From: an uncultured Chloroflexia bacterium
GTDB taxonomy: Bacteria > Chloroflexota > Limnocylindria > Limnocylindrales > CSP1-4
DNA: 64,000 nucleotides
Direction of reading: 5' to 3'
Assembly (NCBI GenBank): GCA_963802165.1
Contig: CAWDHT010000020.1
Span: 17,333-81,332 of the forward strand
Shown: positions 44,676-54,279 of the stretch, in pieces
Layout: every line of letters begins with the position of its first letter
Numbering within the stretch: the first letter of the stretch is position 1
The notes under the pieces: model-generated
What the model saw: the letters and a program-made list of their open reading frames with translations, nothing else
What the model was told of the DNA's origin: nothing
The model's database searches: none
Position numbers and translations under genes: made by a program

Positions 44676-45314
44676 GTGCTGACGCCGCTGGTCATCGTGC
44701 TTGCGCTCGTCGGCGGCGCGTGGGGATTCGCCGCCGATCGCATCGCGGCGCGCTGGCCGGCGCACGACGACGGGACGGTTCGGGCGATCGACTGGCGGAC
44801 GCCGGTCGTGGTGGTCGTGGGTGCCCTCTCGCTGGGCGCGCTGACACTCCGCTTCGCGGACCCGGTGCCGGCTGCCGCCTTCGGCGCCTATCTCGTCGCC
44901 CTCGTGCTGCTGCTGGCCACGGACCTTGACCAGCGGCTGCTGCCCGACGTCATCACGCTGCCGGCGATCCCACTCGCGTTCGTGTTCAGCCTGTCCGGGC
45001 TCAACCCGCTGGTGCCGGCCGGCGTGCTCCCGATCGCCATCGCGGTGGCGATCGGCCTGCCGCTCCTGCTGTGGCTGGTCTCGATCCCGTTCGGGGCGGG
45101 GGCGATCGGGCAGGGCGACCTCAAGCTCCTCGTGTCCGTCGGCTTGATGGTGGGACCGCTCCGCCTCGTCTACGGCGCGATCTATGGGGCGCTGCTGGCG
45201 GGGGTGGTGCTCGTGGTGCTGCTCCTGCTCCGGCGGATCACGCTCAAGACGTTCGTACCCTACGGGCCCTTCCTGATCATCGGTGCGATCTGGGCGGTGC
45301 TGGTCATCACGTAG
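44676..45314 (+). CDS. Prepilin (type IV leader) peptidase, A24 family
   Basis: The protein is polytopic. The two catalytic-Asp contexts are LLLATDLDQRLLPD and GAIGQGDLKLL. Confidence 0.8.
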   Translation: MLTPLVIVLALVGGAWGFAADRIAARWPAHDDGTVRAIDWRTPVVVVVGALSLGALTLRFADPVPAAAFGAYLVALVLLLATDLDQRLLPDVITLPAIPLAFVFSLSGLNPLVPAGVLPIAIAVAIGLPLLLWLVSIPFGAGAIGQGDLKLLVSVGLMVGPLRLVYGAIYGALLAGVVLVVLLLLRRITLKTFVPYGPFLIIGAIWAVLVIT

Positions 45315-45467
45315 GGTCGCTCCTGCTCGTGGCCAACTTGCGACCCCTTGGTACACTCGAGCCGAACGCCGGTTCAGGTCGTCTCGGGAGTGCCCTCCGG
45401 GGCGGCGCCAATCCCGGTGGAGGGTGTGGCCACACGCTCCCCCGCCGCAGATGAGGACGCCTGCTCG

Positions 45468-46826
45468 TTGACCCGCCACGACGTCGCGCAGCGCTTCCCG
45501 AGGTCTCGCCGAGGCCATCGGACCCGCTTCCTTCTCGCCCTGCTCATGGTCCCCTTCATGGTCGGCGTGATCGCCGTGCCCGCGGTTGCACCCACCCCGG
45601 TCCTGGGCGACGAGCTGGCCGACGCGAAGGCGCAGCAGAAGGACCTCGAGCGCAAGATCAAGAGCCAGCGCGCGCTCGTGGCCAGGATCAACGTCTCCCA
45701 GGACCGGCTGGAAGGCCGGATCGCGAAGACGAAGTCCGAGATCAAGGACATCGCCGAGGACCTGAGCGTCACGCGCAAGCGCGTCGCCGCGCTCGAGGCC
45801 GACATCGGCGAGATCCGCAAGGCGTACCAGGGCCTCGTCAACTCGCTCGGCGACCTGGGCCTCCAGCTCCACCGCATCGAGCTGCAGGAGACGGACAAGC
45901 GCGAACAGCTGCGCCAGCGGAAGGCCGAACTTGCGGACCGGATCCGCCAGGCCTACGAGGCCGAGCGGACCTCCATGCTGGAGACCTTCCTGTCCGGCGC
46001 CTCGTTCACGGACATGCTCGCGGTCATGAGCACCCAGCTGGACGCCGCCGAGCAGGATCGCGTCCTGGCGCAGCAGATCGCCCAAGACCGGGCGACACTC
46101 CTCCAGCTCCACGAGACGGTGGACGAGACCCGCGCGGAGACGGACGTGCTCCGCCAGGAGACCGGGGTCCAGAAGCAGAAGCTGGACCGGCGCATGGAGG
46201 ACCTGCGCAAGCAACAGGCGCGCCTCAAGGCGCTGGAGAAGGCGGCCAAGGCGGCGCTGGCCAAGGAGAAGGCGGACTACGCCAGGCTGGCCGCCGACAA
46301 GAAGAAGCTGCAGCGGGCGATCGCCTCGGCCGCGGCGGCCCGCAAGAAGCTCCAGCGCAAGATCGACAAGCTGATCTACAAGCAGTTCCAGTACGGCAAC
46401 ATCCCATCCGCGTACAACGGCACGCTCGCCTGGCCCATGGCCGGGACGATCAGTGGCGACTACGGCTGCAGCTCCTTCGCGTGGTACGGGCCGGGCAACG
46501 GCTGCGCCCACTTCCACAACGGGATCGACATCGTGGCGCCGTACGGCACGCCGGTCCGGGCGTCAGGCGCCGGCCGCGTCGTGTACTGCGGCTGGAACTA
46601 CGCGGACGGCGCGGATCCGGCCTGGATCGTGATCATCGCCCACTCGTCCGAGCTCTCCACCTGGTACGCCCACATGAGCGCGGGATGCCCCGCCCGCGCC
46701 GGATCGGTCGTGAAGAAGGGCCAGGTCATCGGCCGTGAGGGCAACACGGGTCGCTCCACGGGCGCGCACCTGCACTGGATGGTCCAGTTCAAGGGGAGCT
46801 TCGTGAACCCGCGGTTGTTCACCTAG
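45468..46826 (+). CDS. M23 family metallopeptidase with a long N-terminal coiled coil (EnvC-like)
   Basis: A signal/TM segment is followed by ~300 aa of heptad-rich sequence. The M23 domain reads HNGIDIVAPYGTPVRA...GNTGRSTGAHLHW. The start is uncertain (TTG 45468 preferred). Confidence 0.8.
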   Translation: MTRHDVAQRFPRSRRGHRTRFLLALLMVPFMVGVIAVPAVAPTPVLGDELADAKAQQKDLERKIKSQRALVARINVSQDRLEGRIAKTKSEIKDIAEDLSVTRKRVAALEADIGEIRKAYQGLVNSLGDLGLQLHRIELQETDKREQLRQRKAELADRIRQAYEAERTSMLETFLSGASFTDMLAVMSTQLDAAEQDRVLAQQIAQDRATLLQLHETVDETRAETDVLRQETGVQKQKLDRRMEDLRKQQARLKALEKAAKAALAKEKADYARLAADKKKLQRAIASAAAARKKLQRKIDKLIYKQFQYGNIPSAYNGTLAWPMAGTISGDYGCSSFAWYGPGNGCAHFHNGIDIVAPYGTPVRASGAGRVVYCGWNYADGADPAWIVIIAHSSELSTWYAHMSAGCPARAGSVVKKGQVIGREGNTGRSTGAHLHWMVQFKGSFVNPRLFT

Positions 46827-46936
46827 GGAGCGGCCGGCAGGCCGGAACCCGCCGTTCACCGCACCGAAACCCTGCGGCAACCCTCCGGTGCTAGCATCGG
46901 GGCGACTCGCCGCATAGCCCGACGGAGGGACGACGC

Positions 46937-48200
46937 TTGGTCAAGCCGGTCATGGCCGTGATCCTCGCCGGGGGCGAGGGTGAGCGGTTGTCGATCCTCT
47001 CGTCGGTGCGCGCGAAGCCCGCCGTCCCCTTCGGTGGCAAGTACCGGATCATCGACTTCACGCTGTCCAACTGCGTGAACTCGGGCATCGACAACGTCGT
47101 CGTCCTGACCCAGTACAACCCCAGGTCGCTCAACGACCACATCGGCGTGGGCCGGCCGTGGGATCTGGACCGCACCACCGGCGGCGTCCGGATGCTCCAG
47201 CCGTACATCCGGCGCGGGCGCGTCGCGGAGTGGTACGGCGGTACGGCCGATGCGGTGCTCCAGAACTTCAACGTGGTGGAGCGCGCCGGGGACACCGTGC
47301 TGGTCCTCGCCGGCGACCACATCTACAAGATGGACTACCAGCCCTTCATCGCGGCGCATCGCCGCAAGCGGGCCGACGTCACCATCGCCGTCCGTCGCGT
47401 CCCCCTGGCCGAGGCGACTCGGATGGGCGTCCTGGCCCTCGACGAACAGGACCGCGTCACGGACTGGCAGGAGAAGCCCAAGCAGCCCAAGAGCGATCTG
47501 GCGTCGATGGGCGTGTACGTATTCAGCAAGCGGGCGCTCCAGCGCTGGCTGTCGGAGGACCGGCGGGACTTCGGGGCCAACGTGATCCCGGCCATGCTCG
47601 AGGGCGGGGCCCGCGTCTTCGGTTACCGGTTCGACGGCTACTGGCAGGACGTGGGCACGATCCAGTCGTTCTGGGAGGCCAACATGGCGCTCCTGGACGA
47701 CCATCCCGAGCTGGACCTCTATGACCGCGAGTGGCTGATCCACACCCGGTCCGAGGAACGGGCACCGGCCAAGATCGGCCCGACGGCCCAGGTCCACCGG
47801 AGCATGATCTCCCACGGCTGCGTGATCAACGGCACGGTGGTCAACAGCGTGCTCTCGCCGGGCGTGCGAGTCGATGTGGGCGCGGTCGTACGCGACTCGA
47901 TCGTGATGTTCGACACCGTCATCCGGTCGGGCGCGGTCGTGGACCGGGCGATCCTGGACAAGGAGGTCGTCGTCGGACAGGGCGCCATCGTGGGCGACGG
48001 CCCCGACTTCGACACCCCGAACAAGCAGGAGCCAGGCCGCCTCAACACGGGCATCACGGTGGTGGGCAAGCAGTCCGTGGTGCCACGCGGGACACGGCTG
48101 GGCCGCAACGTGAAGGTGGGCGAGCGGGTCAAGTCCACCGACTTCCACGCCCGCACCGTCCGCTCCGGCGGCACGGTGGACCGCAAGCCGCGTGCCTCGC
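46937..48200 (+). CDS. glgC: Glucose-1-phosphate adenylyltransferase; no stop codon at the expected end
   Basis: TTG 46937 follows GGAGGG. The sequence is [12 protein letters not shown]...[22 protein letters not shown]...[11 protein letters not shown]...GYWQDVGT. Family similarity ends at ~48181 (..VRSGGTVD), but the frame stays open to 49732, across three downstream genes. Confidence 0.85.
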
Positions 48201-48330
48201 GCACCGACGCCGACAGTGATGCCGACGAGCCGCCGGCCCGGGTGACGTCAGGCAAGGGGCCGCAGTCCGGGTCCGGCTACGCGGATCCGCCACGAGGGGT
48301 TGCGCCGCGGTCTCGGGTAGACTGCCCGCC

Positions 48331-48878
48331 ATGTCCTCGCCCCCGGGACGTCGGTCTCTGCCCCGGCCGACGTCGAGGCCTGGCTCGGCGAGCTGGGCCT
48401 GGCGCCCACGGAGCGCGCCGATCGCGAGAGCGTCACGTCGTGGGACCTCGTCCTCGACGGGCGTCGCCGTGCCCGGCTCCGGATCACGCTGATCCTGGAT
48501 CCGTCGCTGGCGCTCATCTGCTGGGCCCACTACGCCCCGCCCATCAACGACAGCTTCCGCGTGTCGTACCGCAAGCTCCTGCGCTGGAACGACGACCTGC
48601 CGTTCGTGAAGTTCTCGATCGGCGAGGACGAGCGCCCCCTGCTGGTCGCCGAGATCCCCGTAGCGCACGCCAGCGAGGACGCGCTGGGGCTCGCGCTCGC
48701 CCGCCACCTGGCGGTCGCGGACCGGTACCACGCGGACTCCGTCGCGTGGCTCAAGGCCGGCGGCTGGTCCACGGAGCCGTCCACCGCGGCCCAGGTCGAT
48801 GGCCCGGGGGTCAGGCTCGTCGCCCGCTACGCGCCAGACCTGGCCGAGCTGCTGGACCCCGCCGAGGGCACCGCGTGA
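48331..48878 (+). CDS. YbjN-like (putative sensory transduction/chaperone-like) protein with an apparent frameshift in codons 4-5
   Basis: The body reads ...ADVEAWLGELGLAPTERADRESVTSWDLVLDG..ARLRITLILDPSLALICWAHYAPP...LLRWNDDLPFVKFSIGEDERPLLVAEIP. It has no in-frame start. ATG 48331 is in the adjacent frame and joins if the C5 run 48340-48344 were C6. Confidence 0.6.
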
Positions 48879-50960
48879 CGTCCGGACACATCCGGGCGGC
48901 CCTGACGGCCCTCGTGATCGCGCTGGTCCTCGGCGTCGCGGCGCCCGCCGCGGGTCTGCGTGGCGCCGGCGGCCGTCCGCGCCGCCGACACGGACCTCAC
49001 GGTCGTCACGGATGCCACCTACACCGTGGACCCCGAGGAGGGCAACGTCGGGGTGTCCCTGGCAATGACGGCGCGCAACCGCACGTCCGAGTCGCGGACC
49101 CGCAGGTTCTTCTTCGACCACGCCTTCCTCGCGGTCCAGCCCGGGGCGACCAACCTTCGGATCTCGGGTGCCAAGGGGGCCCGCGTCAAGGTGGCCCGGA
49201 GGACCGCGGACGCCACGCTCCTGCGGATCGACTTCGGGTCACGCCTGTACAGCGGCAAGGCGGCGACGATGAAGCTGGGCTTCGACCTGCCCGGGCAGGG
49301 GGACGGCGCCGCCCCGCAGGTCCGGGTGGGAAGCGGCCTCGTCACGCTGCCCGTCTGGGCGTTCGCGTCCAACGGAGCCCGTGGGAGCTCGGTCGAGGTG
49401 CGGTTCCCGCCCGGCTGGGACGTCGCCGTGGAGTCGGGCGAGCTTGCGCGCCGCACCGCCACCGCCGACGGATGGACCGTGCTCTCGGCCGGCCCGCTTG
49501 TGACACCACTCGACTTCTTCGCCTTCGTGTCCGCCCAACGCCCCGCGGTCTACGTTGCCCGGTCGCTCACCGTCCCGGTCGCGGGTCAGGGCGTGGAGCT
49601 CGAGCTCCAGGCGTGGGAGGACGATCCGGAATGGGCGGACCGGACCGGCTCGCTGTTCGCGGATGCGCTCCCCGTGCTGCGGGAGGACATCGGCCTGCCG
49701 TGGCCGATCGAGGATCCGCTGGTGATCCATGAGACCGCCGGTCGGGACCCTGATGCGTCGGCCGGCGTCTACGACCCGGCCCTGAAGCGCATGGACGTCG
49801 CGTACTGGGCGGACCGCGGCGTGGTGATCCACCAGGCGGCGCACGGCTGGTTCAACGGCGACCTGCTGGCGGATCGCTGGGCGAACGAGGGCTTCGCCAC
49901 GTTCTACGCGCTGCGCACGGCCGCGAAGCTTGGGGTGCCCGCAGCCAGCCCGGAGGTGACGGACGAGGCACGGGCCGCATCCTTCCCGCTCAACGCATGG
50001 GCCGCGAGCGACGGCCAGGGACCGACGACGACGGCCGCCGACACGTACGGGTACGCAGCATCGCTGGCGCTCGCGAACGCGCTGGCCGACCAGGTCGGCG
50101 CGGACGTCCTGGCCACGGTCTGGTCCGATGCGGCCGCGGGAACGGGGGCGTACCAGCCGCCGGCACTGGACACCGATGTTGGCGGTGGAACGGCCACGGG
50201 TGCGACGACCCTGGAGGGCGTCGAAGGCGCCCCTGACTGGCGTGCACTGCTCGACCTGCTCGAGGCCCGCTCCGGCGAGGACCTGACCCCGCTCTGGCGC
50301 GAGTGGGTCGTGGGCCCGGCCGACGCAGCGTTGCTCGATGCACGGGCCGCAGCCCGGGCATCGTACGGGCGCACGCTTGCCGTGGCCGACGGCTGGCAGC
50401 TGCCGCGCGCGATCCGGGACGCACTCCGGAGCTGGCAGTTCGAGAGGGCGGAGACGCTGATGGCCGACGCGCGCACCGTGCTCGCCCAGCGCAAGGCGGT
50501 CGCGGAGATGGCCGAGCGTGACGGCGTGGCCCTCACCACCACGATGCAGTCGCAATTCGAAGGCGGCGCCATGGCCGAAGCCAGCGCCCTCGCCGCGGCT
50601 CAGCGTGACGCGATGCAGGCGATCGAGGATGCGGGAGCCGCTCGCTCGGTCGACGACGACATCCTGAGCCGGATCGGCATGCTCGGCGAGCACCCGGAGC
50701 AGAGCCTCCGTGAGGCGAGGCTGCTGCTCGCGCAGGACGACTTCCAGGGGTCGGCTGCCGCGTCGGACCGGGCCCTGCGCTCCTGGACCGTCGCGTGGGA
50801 GGAGGGCCGCCGCCGCCTCCTGATGGCGCTGGCCACCCTCGCGACGGTCGTGGTGCTGGGGTCTGCGGTCGTCGGGACCTTCCGCCGGTCCCGTCGGGCG
50901 GCAGGGTCGGACGGGTCGACCCGGCCCGCGTCACCGGGCGACGGTGCCGCCCCGGCCTGA
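48875..50960 (+). CDS. Membrane-tethered gluzincin (M1-like) paralog with HQAAH in place of HExxH; apparent frameshift after the signal peptide
   Basis: GTG 48875 overlaps the upstream stop as GTGA and encodes the signal peptide VTSGHIRAALTALVIALVLGVAAPAAG. The mature part (from 48960) is in the +1 frame. The motif region is VIHQAAHGWFNGDLLADRWANEGFATFYA, and a C-terminal TM anchor is present. Confidence 0.6.
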
Positions 50961-51058
50961 CGGATCCCCGCCTGCCGAGGTTGCAGACGGATCGCCCGTC
51001 CCATGCGACCATGGGCCAGCGTTCGACCTCGCCACACCCGGAGGGAGCCGCCGCCCGC

Positions 51059-53221
51059 ATGCGCCGCGCACCCGCTGCCGTCCTCCTGGCCCTGCTGCTG
51101 ACCGTCGGCGCGGGGCTCGTGCCGGTGCTCGCCCCGGGGATGCCCCTCCCGGCAGCCCTGGGTCCGGGGGTCGTGCTGGCTGCCGACGACATCTCGATCG
51201 GAACGGCGACCCGGTACACCGTGGCTCCCAAGGCTGGACGGGTCCGGGTCATCGTGGACATCACGGCGACCAATGAGAAGCCCAACCGGGTCGCAGGCGG
51301 CAACGTCACCCGCTACTTCTACGACGGCGTCAGCCTGGCCATCCAGCCCGAGGCCCGGGCCGTTCGCGCCACGCAGGACGACAAGCCGATCAAGGTGGAC
51401 CTGACCAAGCGCAACGGCTATCGCCTGGCCACGGTCCTGTTCCGCGAGAACCTGTACTACGGGGAGACGGCCCGCGTCCGGCTCACCTTCGACCTGCCGG
51501 GGGGCGCGCCACGATCCGACAGCGATATCCGCGTGGGGTCGGCGTTCGCGACGTTCACCGCCTGGGCTTTCGGCGACCGGGGGTCCGTCCGAGTCGAGGT
51601 GCCCAAGGCGTTCCGGGTGGAGATCGCGGGCGCGGACATGGAGCCGGAGACGGGCGCGAAAGGGCTCCAGGCCTGGTCGGCGACCACGGCGCGGCCGCTC
51701 GACTGGTACGCGTGGGTCACCGCGACCAACGACGAGGCGCTGACCCGGGATCGTCTGGCGCTGGCCGGCGGTGACGAGGTGGTGATCCGTGGCTGGCCCG
51801 AGGACACGCGCTGGCGGAGCCGAGTCCGGGACCTGCTGCGCGACGGCGTGCCGGCGCTTGCAGACCGCATCGGGCTCCCCTGGCCGGTGGACGGCTCGCT
51901 CGTCATCTCCGAGGTGCACACGCCGCTGCTCGAGGGCTATGCCGGCTTCTACGATCCCAAGACCGACGAGATCACGATCAGCGAGGATCTCGACGATCTC
52001 ACGATCATCCACGAAGCGTCGCACGCCTGGTTCAACAAGTCGCTGTTCACGGAGCGCTGGATCACCGAAGGGCTCGCGGACGAGTACGCGGCACGCGTCC
52101 TGCGAGGCCTGGACCGCGGCTACCCGGGGCCGCCGGCGTCGAACCGCAAGGAGAAGGCGGCGTTCCCGCTGTCGGACTGGCCGCCGCCCGCCGCGATCCG
52201 CGACGATGACAGCCAGGACCGCGAGTCCTACGGGTATGCGGCCAGCTGGGCGCTCGTGCGTGAGATCGTCAAGCTCGTGGGCGAGGATGGCATGCGAGCG
52301 GCATTCGCGGCCGCTGCCGCGGGCACCACGGCTTATCCGGGCGAGGCGCTGCCCGAGAGGAGTCGCCTGCCCAGCGACTGGCGGCGGTTCCTGGATCTCG
52401 CCCAGCGCGGAGCCGTCGTCACGGACGAGGCCGAGGTGACCGACCTGGTGGCGAAGGTCGTGCTCGACGAGGCCGACCGCACGCTCCTCCCGGCCCGGGC
52501 GTCCGCGAGGCGATCGTTCGCGGACCTGGTCCGGGCGGGCGGCGAGTGGGCGGCACCGGTCGTCGTCAGGATGGCGATGGACCGCTGGGAGTTCCCCACG
52601 GCGACGGAGGCGATGGACCGCGCGGCCGCTGTCCTCGAGGTCCGCGACGAGATCGCCGAGTCGGCCGCGGTGGAGGACCTGGAGCCACCGGCTGGGCCGG
52701 AGGCGGACTACCAGGACGCGGGGAGCGTCGCCGACCTCGCCGTGGCGATGGAGGATGCGGAACGCAGCCTGGCAGTGCTCAGGCAGGTCGCCGGGGCGTC
52801 CGACGTCGTGGAGGCCCCGAGGGACTGGTTCACCGAGGTTGGTCTCGACGAGGCCGATCCTGCGTCCGAGGTGGCGGTGGCGCGGTCTGCCTGGGAGTCG
52901 GGCGACCTGGAGGGGGCCGAGATCGCCGCTTCCGGTGCCGTCGACCGGCTCCGGGCCGCCCCGGAGGAGGGCCGGACGAAGGTCCTGGCGATCGGTGGTG
53001 GGCTGGTGCTTGCCATCACGATCCTCGCTGTCATCGCCGTGCTCCTGGTGCGCCGCCGGAGCGTCGCGGCCCGCACGGGGCGCGCGGTGGCGATGGCCTC
53101 GTCCGGCGCAGGAACCCCGCCGGCCGCGTCCCGGCCGTACGCTACACTCCCGCCGGAGGGACCCCCGGCCGAGCCTCCCGGCAGGCCGCCATCCGGAGAC
53201 GAAGGAGCGGACCCATCGTGA
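51059..53221 (+). CDS. Membrane-tethered gluzincin (M1-like) metallopeptidase, paralog of 48875-50960
   Basis: A signal peptide is present. The motif region is IIHEASHAWFNKSLFTERWITEGLADEYA (HExxH plus a downstream E). It shares the architecture of its upstream neighbour (shared blocks RIGLPWPVDG/DIGLPWPIED, YGYAASWAL/YGYAASLAL) and has a C-terminal TM anchor. Confidence 0.7.
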   Translation: MRRAPAAVLLALLLTVGAGLVPVLAPGMPLPAALGPGVVLAADDISIGTATRYTVAPKAGRVRVIVDITATNEKPNRVAGGNVTRYFYDGVSLAIQPEARAVRATQDDKPIKVDLTKRNGYRLATVLFRENLYYGETARVRLTFDLPGGAPRSDSDIRVGSAFATFTAWAFGDRGSVRVEVPKAFRVEIAGADMEPETGAKGLQAWSATTARPLDWYAWVTATNDEALTRDRLALAGGDEVVIRGWPEDTRWRSRVRDLLRDGVPALADRIGLPWPVDGSLVISEVHTPLLEGYAGFYDPKTDEITISEDLDDLTIIHEASHAWFNKSLFTERWITEGLADEYAARVLRGLDRGYPGPPASNRKEKAAFPLSDWPPPAAIRDDDSQDRESYGYAASWALVREIVKLVGEDGMRAAFAAAAAGTTAYPGEALPERSRLPSDWRRFLDLAQRGAVVTDEAEVTDLVAKVVLDEADRTLLPARASARRSFADLVRAGGEWAAPVVVRMAMDRWEFPTATEAMDRAAAVLEVRDEIAESAAVEDLEPPAGPEADYQDAGSVADLAVAMEDAERSLAVLRQVAGASDVVEAPRDWFTEVGLDEADPASEVAVARSAWESGDLEGAEIAASGAVDRLRAAPEEGRTKVLAIGGGLVLAITILAVIAVLLVRRRSVAARTGRAVAMASSGAGTPPAASRPYATLPPEGPPAEPPGRPPSGDEGADPS

Positions 53222-53256
53222 CCATCCACGCCGCCCCGGGACGCGGGCGCGCCTGA

Positions 53257-54279
53257 ATGGGCCTGCAGCGCATCCGCCCGTCCCACGAGATCCTGTCCGG
53301 GGCGACGGCCGACGTCTACTTCGCCCGCGCGAACAGCATCCTTGACCGCGAGGGCCTCGACCCCGTCGTGCTCATGGAGGTGTTCTGCCGCGAGGACGCC
53401 GTGCTGTGCGGCATGGGCGAGGCCACCAACCTGATCGGCCACGTGCTCGCGAAGGAGCCGGGCGCCATCGTGGAGGCGCTCGAGGACGGTGACCTCGTGA
53501 CGCCCAAGGAGGTGGTGCTCCGGATCCGTGCCCGCTATCGCGCCTTCGCCCTGTACGAGACGGCGATGCTGGGCATGCTCTCCCAGTCCACCGGCTGGGC
53601 CACGGCCGCCCGCGAGTGCGTGGAGGCGGCCGCGCCGCAGCCCGTGATCTCCTTCGGGGCACGCCACGTCCATCCTGACATCACGGACGTGCTTGACTAC
53701 GCGGCCATCGTCGGCGGGTGCGTGGGGGCATCGACCCCGGCCGGTGCCCGGCTGGCCGGCCTCAACCCCACGGGCACCATGCCCCACTCGCTCGTGCTGA
53801 TCTTCGGGGACACGGTTCGGGCCGCCGAGGCATTCGACCGCGACATGCCCCCGGACGTCCCCCGGATCGTCCTCGTCGACACGTTCAAGGACGAGGCCGA
53901 GGAAGCCCTCCGCGTGGCCCACGCCCTGGGCGACCGGCTGTACGGCATCCGGCTGGACACGCCGTCCGAGCGCGGGCGCGTCACCGCGGCGCTCGTGACC
54001 GAGGTTCGGGCCCGGCTCGACCAGGCCGGTTTCTCCCACGTCACGATCACCGTGTCCGGTGGCCTGACGCCCGATCGCATCCGCTACTTCAAGGACCAGG
54101 GTGCGCCGGTGGACTCGTTCGCCGTGGGCTCGCACATCTCGGGCGCCACCCCGATCGACTTCACGGGCGACATCAAGGAGATCGACGGCACGCCGATCGC
54201 GAAGCGGGGCCGGATCCCCGGGCGCACGGAGAGCCCACGCCTGAAGGCGATGGACCTGGCCGCCTGGCGGGAGATCTAG
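53257..54279 (+). CDS. Nicotinate phosphoribosyltransferase (short, archaeal-type NaPRTase family)
   Basis: The sequence is ADVYFARANSIL...FGARHVHP...GTMPHSLVLIFGD...VLVDTFKDE...GIRLDTPSERG...VSGGL. Confidence 0.75.
   Translation: MGLQRIRPSHEILSGATADVYFARANSILDREGLDPVVLMEVFCREDAVLCGMGEATNLIGHVLAKEPGAIVEALEDGDLVTPKEVVLRIRARYRAFALYETAMLGMLSQSTGWATAARECVEAAAPQPVISFGARHVHPDITDVLDYAAIVGGCVGASTPAGARLAGLNPTGTMPHSLVLIFGDTVRAAEAFDRDMPPDVPRIVLVDTFKDEAEEALRVAHALGDRLYGIRLDTPSERGRVTAALVTEVRARLDQAGFSHVTITVSGGLTPDRIRYFKDQGAPVDSFAVGSHISGATPIDFTGDIKEIDGTPIAKRGRIPGRTESPRLKAMDLAAWREI

Noticed and set aside
45315-45467. A c-di-AMP (ydaO/kimA-type) riboswitch in the leader of the M23 peptidase gene.
   Set aside because: Cell-wall hydrolase genes in actinobacteria often have this riboswitch. 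A CCGAAC..CCGG..UCAGG segment is vaguely reminiscent of it. However, I could not find the paired conserved halves (ACGGGGA/CCCA, GGUGAAUC-type elements) in the right order. An Infernal scan would be needed.
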